Assembly (NCBI GenBank): GCA_040387215.1 | Contig: JAZKEG010000006.1 | Span: 132,092 to 196,091, forward strand | Origin: Verrucomicrobiota bacterium | GTDB taxonomy: Bacteria; Verrucomicrobiota; Verrucomicrobiia; Verrucomicrobiales; Akkermansiaceae | Direction of reading: 5' to 3' | Length of the DNA: 64,000 nucleotides | Part shown: positions 29,749-37,708 of the stretch, piece by piece | Numbering within the stretch: position 1 is the first letter of the stretch | Layout of the letters: each line of letters opens with the position of its first letter | Notes under the pieces: generated by a model | What the model was told of the DNA's origin: nothing | The model's input: only the letters and a program-made list of their open reading frames with translations | Databases searched by the model: none | Position numbers and translations under genes: made by a program

Positions 29749-29865
29749 GACGGTGGTCGTTCGCGTGGATGAAATGACGCCCGCCGATTGCCAACGGACG
29801 GAGTCCCCGTAACCAACCACCTGCCCCCCGGCAAGCGGAATAGACGGCAGGGCGGGAGAGACGAA

Positions 29866-30255
29866 TCAGGCCAGTGAGGCGCAAAATTCGCGGAATGCCT
29901 GCGCTTCCTCATCGCTAGCGACCCCGGCGACGATGTGCCCGGCAAGGCTGCGGAGGATGAGGCCTTGGTTTGGCTCAAGGATTAGATTCGCCACCACGTC
30001 GCGGATGATGGCGGTGAACGTGTTTCCATTATAAAGACAGAAAGGAGCCATGCGGTGACAACGGCGACAGAGATCGACCGCTTCATCCAAGCCCATCAAT
30101 TTCAGATGATGGGTTTCCCAGAACTCTTGGGTCGTGTCATGCCCGTCCGAGGTGGGCTTGTGCAAGGCGTGTTTCGCAGCGCAAAGCATGGCGTTTTGGG
30201 CTGTCACGAAGGCCCAAGAATAATCAGCCAACCACGTCCGTTGAGGGCCAATCAT
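29866..30255 (-). CDS. Degenerate Fic/Doc-like protein (putative toxin)
   Basis: CHRMAPFCLYNGNTF aligns loosely with the Fic motif HPFxDGNGR; helical, 129 aa. Confidence 0.5.
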   Translation of the reverse strand: MIGPQRTWLADYSWAFVTAQNAMLCAAKHALHKPTSDGHDTTQEFWETHHLKLMGLDEAVDLCRRCHRMAPFCLYNGNTFTAIIRDVVANLILEPNQGLILRSLAGHIVAGVASDEEAQAFREFCASLA

Positions 30256-30462
30256 TCAATCTCCTTTCGCCTGTTGCTGCTGCTTCTTAAGGCGTTGTAG
30301 TTCTTCCACACCTTCGCTCTTCAAGTAGCCCTTGCCAGTTTTGGCGTAGATCGGCTCGGCGGCAAAACGATCTTGAATGGCGAGAGCATCCGCCAAGACA
30401 CGCTTGAAGATGGGATCTTCCAGCAGCTTTGGATCAATTGCCGGGACGGGTTCGGGGTTCAT
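30256..30462 (-). CDS. Small protein, putative antitoxin of the Fic-like gene
   Basis: 68 aa from ATG 30462; its stop abuts the downstream ATG; contains YLKSEG, cf. the FicA (S/T)xxxE(G/N) motif. Confidence 0.5.
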   Translation of the reverse strand: MNPEPVPAIDPKLLEDPIFKRVLADALAIQDRFAAEPIYAKTGKGYLKSEGVEELQRLKKQQQQAKGD

Positions 30463-30469
30463 GATTGAA

Positions 30470-30498
30470 AATCTACCCGTTCCGCCCGGCTTTCGCAA
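30470..30498 (-). promoter_or_regulatory. Sigma70 promoter giving a probable leaderless mRNA
   Basis: TTGCGA-17 nt-TAGATT-7 nt-ATG on the minus strand. Confidence 0.6.
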
Positions 30499-30515
30499 TT
30501 CCGCTTATCGCGGGG

Positions 30516-32189
30516 TCATTCCCACTCCAGCACCAGCAGCGAAACGCCTTGGCGAGGGAGTGTGAAATCGAGCGACGCGGCGTGGTCGGCGATCTGTGTT
30601 TCCGTCTCTGGGGTCAGCGTGGCGAGCTTCCCGGCGGCTTCGAGTTCGGCGTATTGCTCGGGTGACGGCTTTTGCGGTTCGCCCATGGATTTCCAGAGGG
30701 TGAAGGAATTGCCGTGCGTTTCATCGACACGGTAGTGGCTGACCTTCGCCTTGCCACTGGCGATGGGCAGGCCTGGGATTTTTAAGGAAACGGCGGCATC
30801 GGGGCCTTGCACATCGTCGTCATGATAGTGCCAGACGATGACGCTGAGTTTCTTGCCGCCAAGGCTGGCGAAGGCGGAGACGTCGGCTTTTTTGCGGACG
30901 CCGCTGCGCAGGATTTCTGGCAGCGGGATGGCGGAATCGCTGGTGACGGGCAGGCGGTCGCCGTCCATTTTCGAAAACATGCGGAAGACGTTCATCACCG
31001 GCTTGTCCACGCCGTTGGTGGCGAGCGAGCGGAATCCGGCGAAATACGGCTGGTCCTCGAACTCGAAGGCCCAAGTCAGCGCGCCTTCCAGATTCACGCC
31101 GTGCTTGTCGGCGAGGTCAAGTTTCCGCGGGAACGAAGCGGCGGTGTAGCTGGAATACATTGTGCCGTTTCGATAGGCGAGATTCGGTCCTTGGCAGGCG
31201 GCGCATCCTTCCGGATCGGACTCACCGATGACGATGGGCGTGTTGGCGAATTCGGGATAGCGGGCGATCACGTTGAAGGCGCCATCGATGTCGCGGAGCT
31301 GGCTGGAGATGCCCATTTGTACACGGCCGCCGACATCCTTGGGCTGGCCCTTTGCGTGGAAGGAAATGAAGTCGGTGGGGGTGCCGGTTTCGCCCGTCGC
31401 GGTGTTTTTGCCCTTCACGCAGTGGTCGAGGAAGCTCTTGAGGAAATCTCCGCCCGCACCACCTGCTAGATCGGGGCCGCCGACCTTGGCTCCGGGGATC
31501 GCGCGGCGCACCGCCTTGATCGCGTGGTCGTGGAGTTTGAAGAACTCATCGCGCGAGCCGCGCCAGTAGCCGATGTTCGGCTCATTCCAAGTCTGCCAAT
31601 ACCACTTGAGAACCTCGTCCTTGCCATATTTCTCCACCGAGTGTTTGGCCCATTGATAGACCAGTTCCTCCCACTTCGCCCAATCCTTAGGCGGATAGGC
31701 CCAGCCGGTGTAGATGTCGTCATACTTCGCTGCCGGTGTCCAATGGTGGCGATAAGGCTGCGGCTTTACCGAAAGCGCTTCTGGCATGAAACCGATTTGC
31801 ACATAAGGCCGCACACCGCGCTCCAGATAGGAGTCGAAAATCTGATCCACGATCTTCCAGTCGTAAATCGGCTTTCCCTGCGCGTCTTCGGTGTACGCAT
31901 TGGTCGATCCCCACTTGAGCGCATGCGTGCCTTCTCCCGTGACTAACAGACTGTGCGTGCGGAAGAAAACTTCCTTTGGCTTCAGTTCGCCGAGCTCGCC
32001 TAACAACTTCTTGCCATCTTTCATGTAGGCGTAGTTTGGCTCATCCGCGCCAAAGAAACGCCAAATCGGCTTGAGCGGACCGGTCGGCCGTGCGGCATCG
32101 ATGGTGATGTTGACGGGGAAGGATTCCGCTGCGGTGAGCGCGGTGGCTGTTAGTAAAAGCGCGGGGAAAATATGGGCAAATCGTGTCAT
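30516..32189 (-). CDS. Secreted GH39 beta-xylosidase-like hydrolase
   Basis: Signal peptide; GADEPNY, WNEPN (acid/base), KVGGP, FISFH, IGESDP (nucleophile). Confidence 0.88.
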   Translation of the reverse strand: MTRFAHIFPALLLTATALTAAESFPVNITIDAARPTGPLKPIWRFFGADEPNYAYMKDGKKLLGELGELKPKEVFFRTHSLLVTGEGTHALKWGSTNAYTEDAQGKPIYDWKIVDQIFDSYLERGVRPYVQIGFMPEALSVKPQPYRHHWTPAAKYDDIYTGWAYPPKDWAKWEELVYQWAKHSVEKYGKDEVLKWYWQTWNEPNIGYWRGSRDEFFKLHDHAIKAVRRAIPGAKVGGPDLAGGAGGDFLKSFLDHCVKGKNTATGETGTPTDFISFHAKGQPKDVGGRVQMGISSQLRDIDGAFNVIARYPEFANTPIVIGESDPEGCAACQGPNLAYRNGTMYSSYTAASFPRKLDLADKHGVNLEGALTWAFEFEDQPYFAGFRSLATNGVDKPVMNVFRMFSKMDGDRLPVTSDSAIPLPEILRSGVRKKADVSAFASLGGKKLSVIVWHYHDDDVQGPDAAVSLKIPGLPIASGKAKVSHYRVDETHGNSFTLWKSMGEPQKPSPEQYAELEAAGKLATLTPETETQIADHAASLDFTLPRQGVSLLVLEWE

Positions 32190-32382
32190 GGCGTGTCGGA
32201 TGGGTTTCGGTGGGCCGCTCTTAACGGGGCTTAGAACGCTATTGTTTCAGCATCGGCAGGTCTTGTGCGGATGCGACAGCCATGTGTAAGAAGCCGACAA
32301 GTTATAGCGATCATCCGTCAGTCTATCGCGTTGCGAGGGGTGTAAATGCGGAGGGGGGATGGAGCCATTTCCCCAACTCGCC

Positions 32383-32964
32383 TCAAGCGGAGATGCCGCG
32401 CAAAATCCGTTGTCCTTGGCGGATGTAAGCCACGCTGGACCAAACGGTGAACAGCGCGGCAACGAGGCACGGATAGACGGGGGATAGCGGCACGACGCGC
32501 AACATCACCCAGCCGAGCGCGAACATCTGCGTGACGGTGCAGACCTTGCCGGTCCAGTGCGGGGCGAAATGGACTTCGCGGCGGTGGTTCCACAGGATGC
32601 GGATGCCGCCGAGGATGATGCAATCTCGCAGCACCACGATAACCGCAAACCAAATGGGCAGACGCCAGCCGGGGGCACCCCAGTCGATGAAGGAAAGAAT
32701 GATGACCCCGGTGAGCAGCAGTGCCTTATCCGCGATGGGGTCGATGAACGCGCCAAATTTCGAGCACTGGTTGAAACGGCGAGCGACCCAGCCGTCGACG
32801 CCATCGGTGGAGGCGGCGAACACAAAAACCCCGAGCGCCCACCAGCGCAGCCGTTCATCTGGCTGTCCCGCCGCGCTGTAGCCATAGGCGATGGCCAGTG
32901 CCGCGAAAACGGGGACCAAGCAGATCCGGGCTATCGTGATTTTACTGGCGAGGGTCACGCCCAC
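32383..32964 (-). CDS. pgsA: CDP-alcohol phosphatidyltransferase (PgsA-like)
   Basis: ITIARI, STDGVDGWVARRFNQCSKFGAFIDPIADK signature, GKVCTVTQM. Confidence 0.85.
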   Translation of the reverse strand: MGVTLASKITIARICLVPVFAALAIAYGYSAAGQPDERLRWWALGVFVFAASTDGVDGWVARRFNQCSKFGAFIDPIADKALLLTGVIILSFIDWGAPGWRLPIWFAVIVVLRDCIILGGIRILWNHRREVHFAPHWTGKVCTVTQMFALGWVMLRVVPLSPVYPCLVAALFTVWSSVAYIRQGQRILRGISA

Positions 32965-33036
32965 ACTGAAGCAGAGCTTGCCGCCCTGAGAAACGCAATT
33001 TTGTCGAGGCCGCCGAGGACGCTTAAACGACGCGGA

Positions 33037-33204
33037 TCAATAGACCGGCGCGCCTTGATCGTAGGTGTCACCGCCACCTCCGCCGCTGCCTTGAATCTTG
33101 TTCTTCGTCCACTCGTAGCCCTGTTTGGTGTCCCGGCCGAGGCCGATCATCGTGTTGCAGGAATTCAACGCCAGTGCGGTGACGATTAGCAAAATAAGTC
33201 TCAT
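33037..33204 (-). CDS. Entericidin EcnA/B-like small lipoprotein (55 aa, absent from ORF track)
   Basis: Hand translation: MRLILLIVTALALNSCNTMIGLGRDTKQGYEWTKNKIQGSGGGGGDTYDQGAPVY; lipobox LNSC plus CNTxxGxGxD. Confidence 0.8.
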   Translation of the reverse strand: MRLILLIVTALALNSCNTMIGLGRDTKQGYEWTKNKIQGSGGGGGDTYDQGAPVY

Positions 33205-33418
33205 GCGGCATGAGGTAATGGATGAAGACGCTTCGATAAAGCGAAAAGTCAGGATCAGTTAATCAGTTTTCTTGGCGATTCCCCGCAGGAGATAGAGCTG
33301 CGGGCGCCAAGCGGCAAAAATTCCACCCCGGTTGGGGGAACTCCCTGGGGCGGAAATTCGCTGGTCACGCAGGGGTGTAAATGTTTTGAAGCCCGGGCGA
33401 GCGCTCCGTTTCGCGACG

Positions 33419-35317
33419 ATGAATGATTCACCTTCAGGCCATTCCGGCCATCAACCACCGCTCGCGGTGACCACGATCGCAGCCTTGGGCATCGTCTTCG
33501 GGGATATCGGAACCAGTCCGTTGTATGCCTTTCGCGAATGTTTCTCCGGCTCCCACGGCGCACCCATCAATCCTGCGAACCTCGTCGGCGCTGCGTCGCT
33601 GATTGTTTGGTCGCTGCTGCTGGTGGTCTCGGTGAAGTATCTCTTCATCATCCTCAAGCTGGATAACAAGGGGGAGGGCGGGATTCTGGCGCTATCCACT
33701 TTGATCCGCAGCGCGTTGAGAAGCCTTGGCGGAAAGGATCCGAAGAAGATTTTGTTATTTGGTCTGGCGGGTGCGGCGCTGATCTATGCCGACGGCATCC
33801 TCACGCCAGCGATTTCGGTTTTGTCTGCGGTGGAAGGGCTTTCGGTGAGTGCTCCGGCGCTCGCGCATTGGACGGTGCCGCTGGCGGTGGTGATTCTTGT
33901 AGGATTGTTTTCCATCCAGAAATTCGGCACGGGGAATGTGGGAAAATTATTTGGGCCGGTGGTGTTGTTATGGTTCAGCTCGCTCGCCGTGTTGGGCATT
34001 CGCAACTTGATCCAACATCCGGAAGTGCTGTGGGCACTCAGTCCCTATCAGGGCATTCATTTTCTCGTTCACGAATGGGCGCACGCGATGCCCTTGCTCG
34101 CTGCGGTGTTTTTGGCAGTGACCGGTGGTGAGGCGTTGTATGCAGATCTCGGGCACTTCGGCACGAAGCCAATCCGTGTCGGATGGTTCTCGGTGGTGCT
34201 GCCTGCGCTGGTGTTGAACTATCTCGGTCAGGCGGCGCTGCTCACGGCGGATCCATCGGCGATACGCAGTCCGTTTTTCTTGCTGGCACCGGATTTCCTG
34301 CAATTGCCGCTGACCATCCTCGCAACCTGCGCGGCCATCATCGCGAGTCAGGCGCTGATTTCAGGCGCATTTTCCCTAACCGCTCAAGCGGTGCAACTCG
34401 GCTGCCTGTCGCGCGTGAGGATTCTCTACACGTCAGAGCATTCCATGGGGCAGGTGTATGTGCCGATCATCAACCACATCCTCGCAGCGGCTTGTATCCT
34501 GCTGGTGTTGACGTTCGAGACCTCGGCGAAACTCGCGGGTGCCTACGGCATTGCGATCTCGCTGACGATGACCATCACGTCCATCCTGTTCTTCTCCGCA
34601 GCACGAGCGGTGTGGGGATGGTCGAAGCTCAAGGCGGTCATCGTGACTGGATTGTTTTTGGGCCTCGATGGCGCATTCCTCGCGGCGAATGCCTTGAAAA
34701 TTTATCCATGGGGTTGGTTGCCGCTGGTGGTCGCGGGTGCTGTCATGGCCATCATGCTGATCTGGATCTGGGGGCGCAAACGGTTGTATGCGCGTATCAT
34801 GCAAGAGTCGCTGCCTATCGATGTTTTGCTCAAAGGGTTGCAAAAAGGGAAAATCCACCGTGTCTCCGGCACCGCGATTTACATGAGCGGAAAAGGTCTG
34901 CAAGTGCCCACCGCCTTGCTGCATAACTTGAAGCACAATCAGGTGCTTCACGAGCGTGTCATTCTCCTTCACGTGATGACGCTCGACCAGCCGCGAGCCA
35001 ACGAGGAAGACATCCTCGACTACGAAGACCTCGGCGACGGGGTCCACCGTGCGACCTTGCGATTTGGTTTTGCGGAAACTCCCGACGTGCCTGAGGCGTT
35101 GATCCATCGAATGCCTGAGAACGCCCGCTTCCAACCCGAAAAAGCGACTTATTTCCTAGGGCGGGAAACCTACGGCGTCGGGAAACATGCCACACTCGCC
35201 GACCGAGTCCGCTTGTCGTTGTTCGCGGTGATGGCCCGCAATGCCTCGGCGGCGACCGCCTATTTCCAACTTCCACCCGGACGCGTCGTCGAGCTGGGTG
35301 CGCAGATCACCCTCTGA
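33419..35317 (+). CDS. kup: KUP/HAK/KT potassium transporter
   Basis: GIVFGDIGTSPLY, GEGG, DGILTPAISVLSAVEG, TGGEALYADLGHF, GQVYVP; start corrected to 33419. Confidence 0.95.
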   Translation: MNDSPSGHSGHQPPLAVTTIAALGIVFGDIGTSPLYAFRECFSGSHGAPINPANLVGAASLIVWSLLLVVSVKYLFIILKLDNKGEGGILALSTLIRSALRSLGGKDPKKILLFGLAGAALIYADGILTPAISVLSAVEGLSVSAPALAHWTVPLAVVILVGLFSIQKFGTGNVGKLFGPVVLLWFSSLAVLGIRNLIQHPEVLWALSPYQGIHFLVHEWAHAMPLLAAVFLAVTGGEALYADLGHFGTKPIRVGWFSVVLPALVLNYLGQAALLTADPSAIRSPFFLLAPDFLQLPLTILATCAAIIASQALISGAFSLTAQAVQLGCLSRVRILYTSEHSMGQVYVPIINHILAAACILLVLTFETSAKLAGAYGIAISLTMTITSILFFSAARAVWGWSKLKAVIVTGLFLGLDGAFLAANALKIYPWGWLPLVVAGAVMAIMLIWIWGRKRLYARIMQESLPIDVLLKGLQKGKIHRVSGTAIYMSGKGLQVPTALLHNLKHNQVLHERVILLHVMTLDQPRANEEDILDYEDLGDGVHRATLRFGFAETPDVPEALIHRMPENARFQPEKATYFLGRETYGVGKHATLADRVRLSLFAVMARNASAATAYFQLPPGRVVELGAQITL

Positions 35318-35350
35318 AATCCGTCGCGGAGTTTCCCTGCTAGATCGCCC

Positions 35351-36493
35351 GTGACCTGCCCATCTCCGCTCTCAATCACTGGTCTCGGGGCTTTATCTGC
35401 CCTCGGTTCCGATGTGGCATCTCATCATCAAGCCGTCTTGCGTGGGGAGCGTCCTTTTCGACCGTTGGCCGAATTGTTAGGAAAGGAAAGCTCTCACGCA
35501 TCTCGTCCTGCCGCGTGGATTGCGGATCGCCAACTTTTGCTAAACCGCAAGTGGAGTCCGGTGACGATGGCCGCGCTGCATGCCGCTCGCGAGGCGGTGC
35601 ATGCTTCCGGATGGTCTGCGGCGGAGCTGGAGGACGCGGCTTTGGTGGTCGGCACCAGCCGGGGAAATGCGGCCGGTTGGCTAGGCCCGTGGCCGGGTCG
35701 ACGGCCGTTCAAGTTGATGGCGGCGAGCAACACGATCCACAGTGAACCGGCGGCAGCCATTTCCATCGAGTTTGGCATCGCCGGTCCTAACCATGTGTTG
35801 GCGAGCGGCTGTTCGGCGGGGCTGGATGCGGTGGGTATCGCCATGATGATGTTGCGCTCTGGCGTGGCGGAGCGGGCATTGGTGGTGGCGGTGGACTTGC
35901 CGTTGGTGCCCTTGCTGCTGGACAACTACGCGGCGTCCGGTCTGCTGGCCAAGCAGGATAGGCTGGATCCGTATCACCCGCTGACGGGTGGATTTATCCC
36001 AGCAGAGGGCGCGGCGGCGATGGCGTTGGAGTTTCGAGACGCGGGTTTCGTGAAGCTGTTGCATTATGATTCCAATGCGGACGCCTGCGATCCCGTGGGA
36101 ATCCCTGCCGGAGGAGGCAGAACACATCGTCTGCTAGAAAAGGCGGTCAAACTTCACGGTGCACCGTCGGCCATCTGTCCTCACGCGACGGGCACTGCGG
36201 TGCAGTCGGTTGCGGATCCCGCGACGTTGCGCCGCGCATTTCCTGATTCAATGCCATCCGTGCATCTGCTCAAACCGCTGTTGGGTCACTCCATCGGCGC
36301 AAGTGGGCTGTTGGAAGCGGTGCTGCTCGCCCGTTTCATGAGTGACGGAAAACTTCCGCCCAATCTCTCTGGTTTGCACGTCCCCACAGGCTTTACCCTG
36401 CCGGAGGACGTTGTTGATGTCGCCGGTCCTGTTCACAAGCTTGCCCATGGCATGGGCGGGCACAACGCCTTGCTCGTCCTATCACCTCCATGA
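35351..36493 (+). CDS. Beta-ketoacyl synthase (FabF-like, divergent)
   Basis: ITGLG, ASGCSAG (catalytic Cys), EGA, HATGT, K..LGHSIGASG, GMGGHNA. Confidence 0.8.
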   Translation: MTCPSPLSITGLGALSALGSDVASHHQAVLRGERPFRPLAELLGKESSHASRPAAWIADRQLLLNRKWSPVTMAALHAAREAVHASGWSAAELEDAALVVGTSRGNAAGWLGPWPGRRPFKLMAASNTIHSEPAAAISIEFGIAGPNHVLASGCSAGLDAVGIAMMMLRSGVAERALVVAVDLPLVPLLLDNYAASGLLAKQDRLDPYHPLTGGFIPAEGAAAMALEFRDAGFVKLLHYDSNADACDPVGIPAGGGRTHRLLEKAVKLHGAPSAICPHATGTAVQSVADPATLRRAFPDSMPSVHLLKPLLGHSIGASGLLEAVLLARFMSDGKLPPNLSGLHVPTGFTLPEDVVDVAGPVHKLAHGMGGHNALLVLSPP

Positions 36494-37611
36494 ATTCCAA
36501 CCGCAGAATTGAAATTTCCATCGATGATCAAACTCTCCACGTGCTGGAAGGAGAGCGATTGATCCGTGATTTTACCATTTCCACCTCGGCCAAGGGCATG
36601 GGTTTTACGCAAGGAAGTTTCCGCACGCCGACCGGCCAGTTTCGCATCCACGAAAAAATCGGTGATGGCGAAGTGTCGGGAACCATCTTCAAGGCGAGGG
36701 TGCCAGTCGGACAATGGCAGCCCATTACTGACGATGGCGATGATCTCATCCTCACTCGCATCCTTCGCTTGGAGGGAATGGAGGAACAGAATGCGAACAC
36801 CTTGGATCGCTACATCTATATCCACGGGACGAATCAAGAAGCGATGCTTGGCACCCCGGCAAGCCACGGCTGTGTGCGACTCAGCAATGCAGACATGATC
36901 GAGTTGTTCGATCTCGTTGAGGTGGGAACAGCGGTGGAAATACAACCTGCCACGCGGTGCCGAGGCAAATTGCTGTTCTTCGATTGCGACTCCACGCTCT
37001 CCACCATCGAAGGAATTGATGAACTTGCTCATGCACGAGGAGCTGATGTGTTCGACCGCGTGGTGGCTTTGACTCATGCGGCGATGAATGGCGAAGTGCC
37101 TTTGGACGAGGTGTTTCCGCGACGCATGGAGATGATACGTCCCGACAAGGCCACCTGTGAGTCGGTGGCGGAACTCTACAAGCAAACGATCGTGCCGGGC
37201 GTGCCGGAACTGATACTCGCCGCGAAGCAAGCGGGTTGGCTGCCGGTGATCCTTTCCGGTGGTTTTGCACCGCTGATCATGCCTCTCGCTCATGCCTTGG
37301 GGATCGATCATGTCGAAGCCGTTCCCCTTTTCCTGCATGAGGACGGATCCTATCAAGGCTATGGGCATGACTATCCGACCACGCGTAACCTGGGCAAAAA
37401 TGAGGTGATACGCGCATGGAAGGAGGCGATGCTTCCTGAACGTGTGGTGATGATGGGCGATGGTATTTCCGATATGGAAACCAAGCCGGACGTGGACCTC
37501 TTTATCGGCTTCGGTGGTGTGGTGGAGCGACCGAAAGTGAAGGCTGGATGCGACCACTGGATCACCTGCATGACCGATGCCCGTGCGGTGATGGATATCA
37601 TCGATGGATGA
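36490..37611 (+). CDS. L,D-transpeptidase (YkuD) domain fused to HAD-IB phosphoserine phosphatase (SerB-like)
   Basis: RTPTG, IYIHGT, ASHGCVRL, then FFDCDSTL, EGIDELA, AMNG, LSGGF, GK, GDGISD in one frame. Confidence 0.85.
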   Translation: MNSNRRIEISIDDQTLHVLEGERLIRDFTISTSAKGMGFTQGSFRTPTGQFRIHEKIGDGEVSGTIFKARVPVGQWQPITDDGDDLILTRILRLEGMEEQNANTLDRYIYIHGTNQEAMLGTPASHGCVRLSNADMIELFDLVEVGTAVEIQPATRCRGKLLFFDCDSTLSTIEGIDELAHARGADVFDRVVALTHAAMNGEVPLDEVFPRRMEMIRPDKATCESVAELYKQTIVPGVPELILAAKQAGWLPVILSGGFAPLIMPLAHALGIDHVEAVPLFLHEDGSYQGYGHDYPTTRNLGKNEVIRAWKEAMLPERVVMMGDGISDMETKPDVDLFIGFGGVVERPKVKAGCDHWITCMTDARAVMDIIDG

Positions 37612-37671
37612 AGCTTAAGAGCCGCTCGGCATGATATGCGAATCGAGCGATTGGGCGTCCTATAATTTTGC

Positions 37672-37704
37672 TTGCTAGCGGGCGGCTCAACCCTAGGTTG
37701 AGCC
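37672..37704 (+). promoter_or_regulatory. Promoter with overlapping palindromic operator
   Basis: TTGCTA-16 nt-TAGGTT; perfect inverted repeat GGCTCAACC-CTA-GGTTGAGCC (37684-37704) overlapping the -10 box. Confidence 0.55.
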
Positions 37705-37708
37705 CGTT

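Noticed and set aside
28456-29772. 438-aa plus-strand ORF, and similar long antisense ORFs (10428-11618, 21911-23041, 36433-37557, 41684-43687, 4362-5462)
   Set aside because: Shadows of well-supported genes on the other strand; expected in high-GC DNA and without recognisable motifs
29749-29865. ZMP/ZTP (pfl) riboswitch upstream of purH
   Set aside because: Only fragments resemble it (GGTGG..TTAC-GGGGA; CCGTCCG); the conserved GACUGGCG and CGCCUGGGC pseudoknot partners are absent
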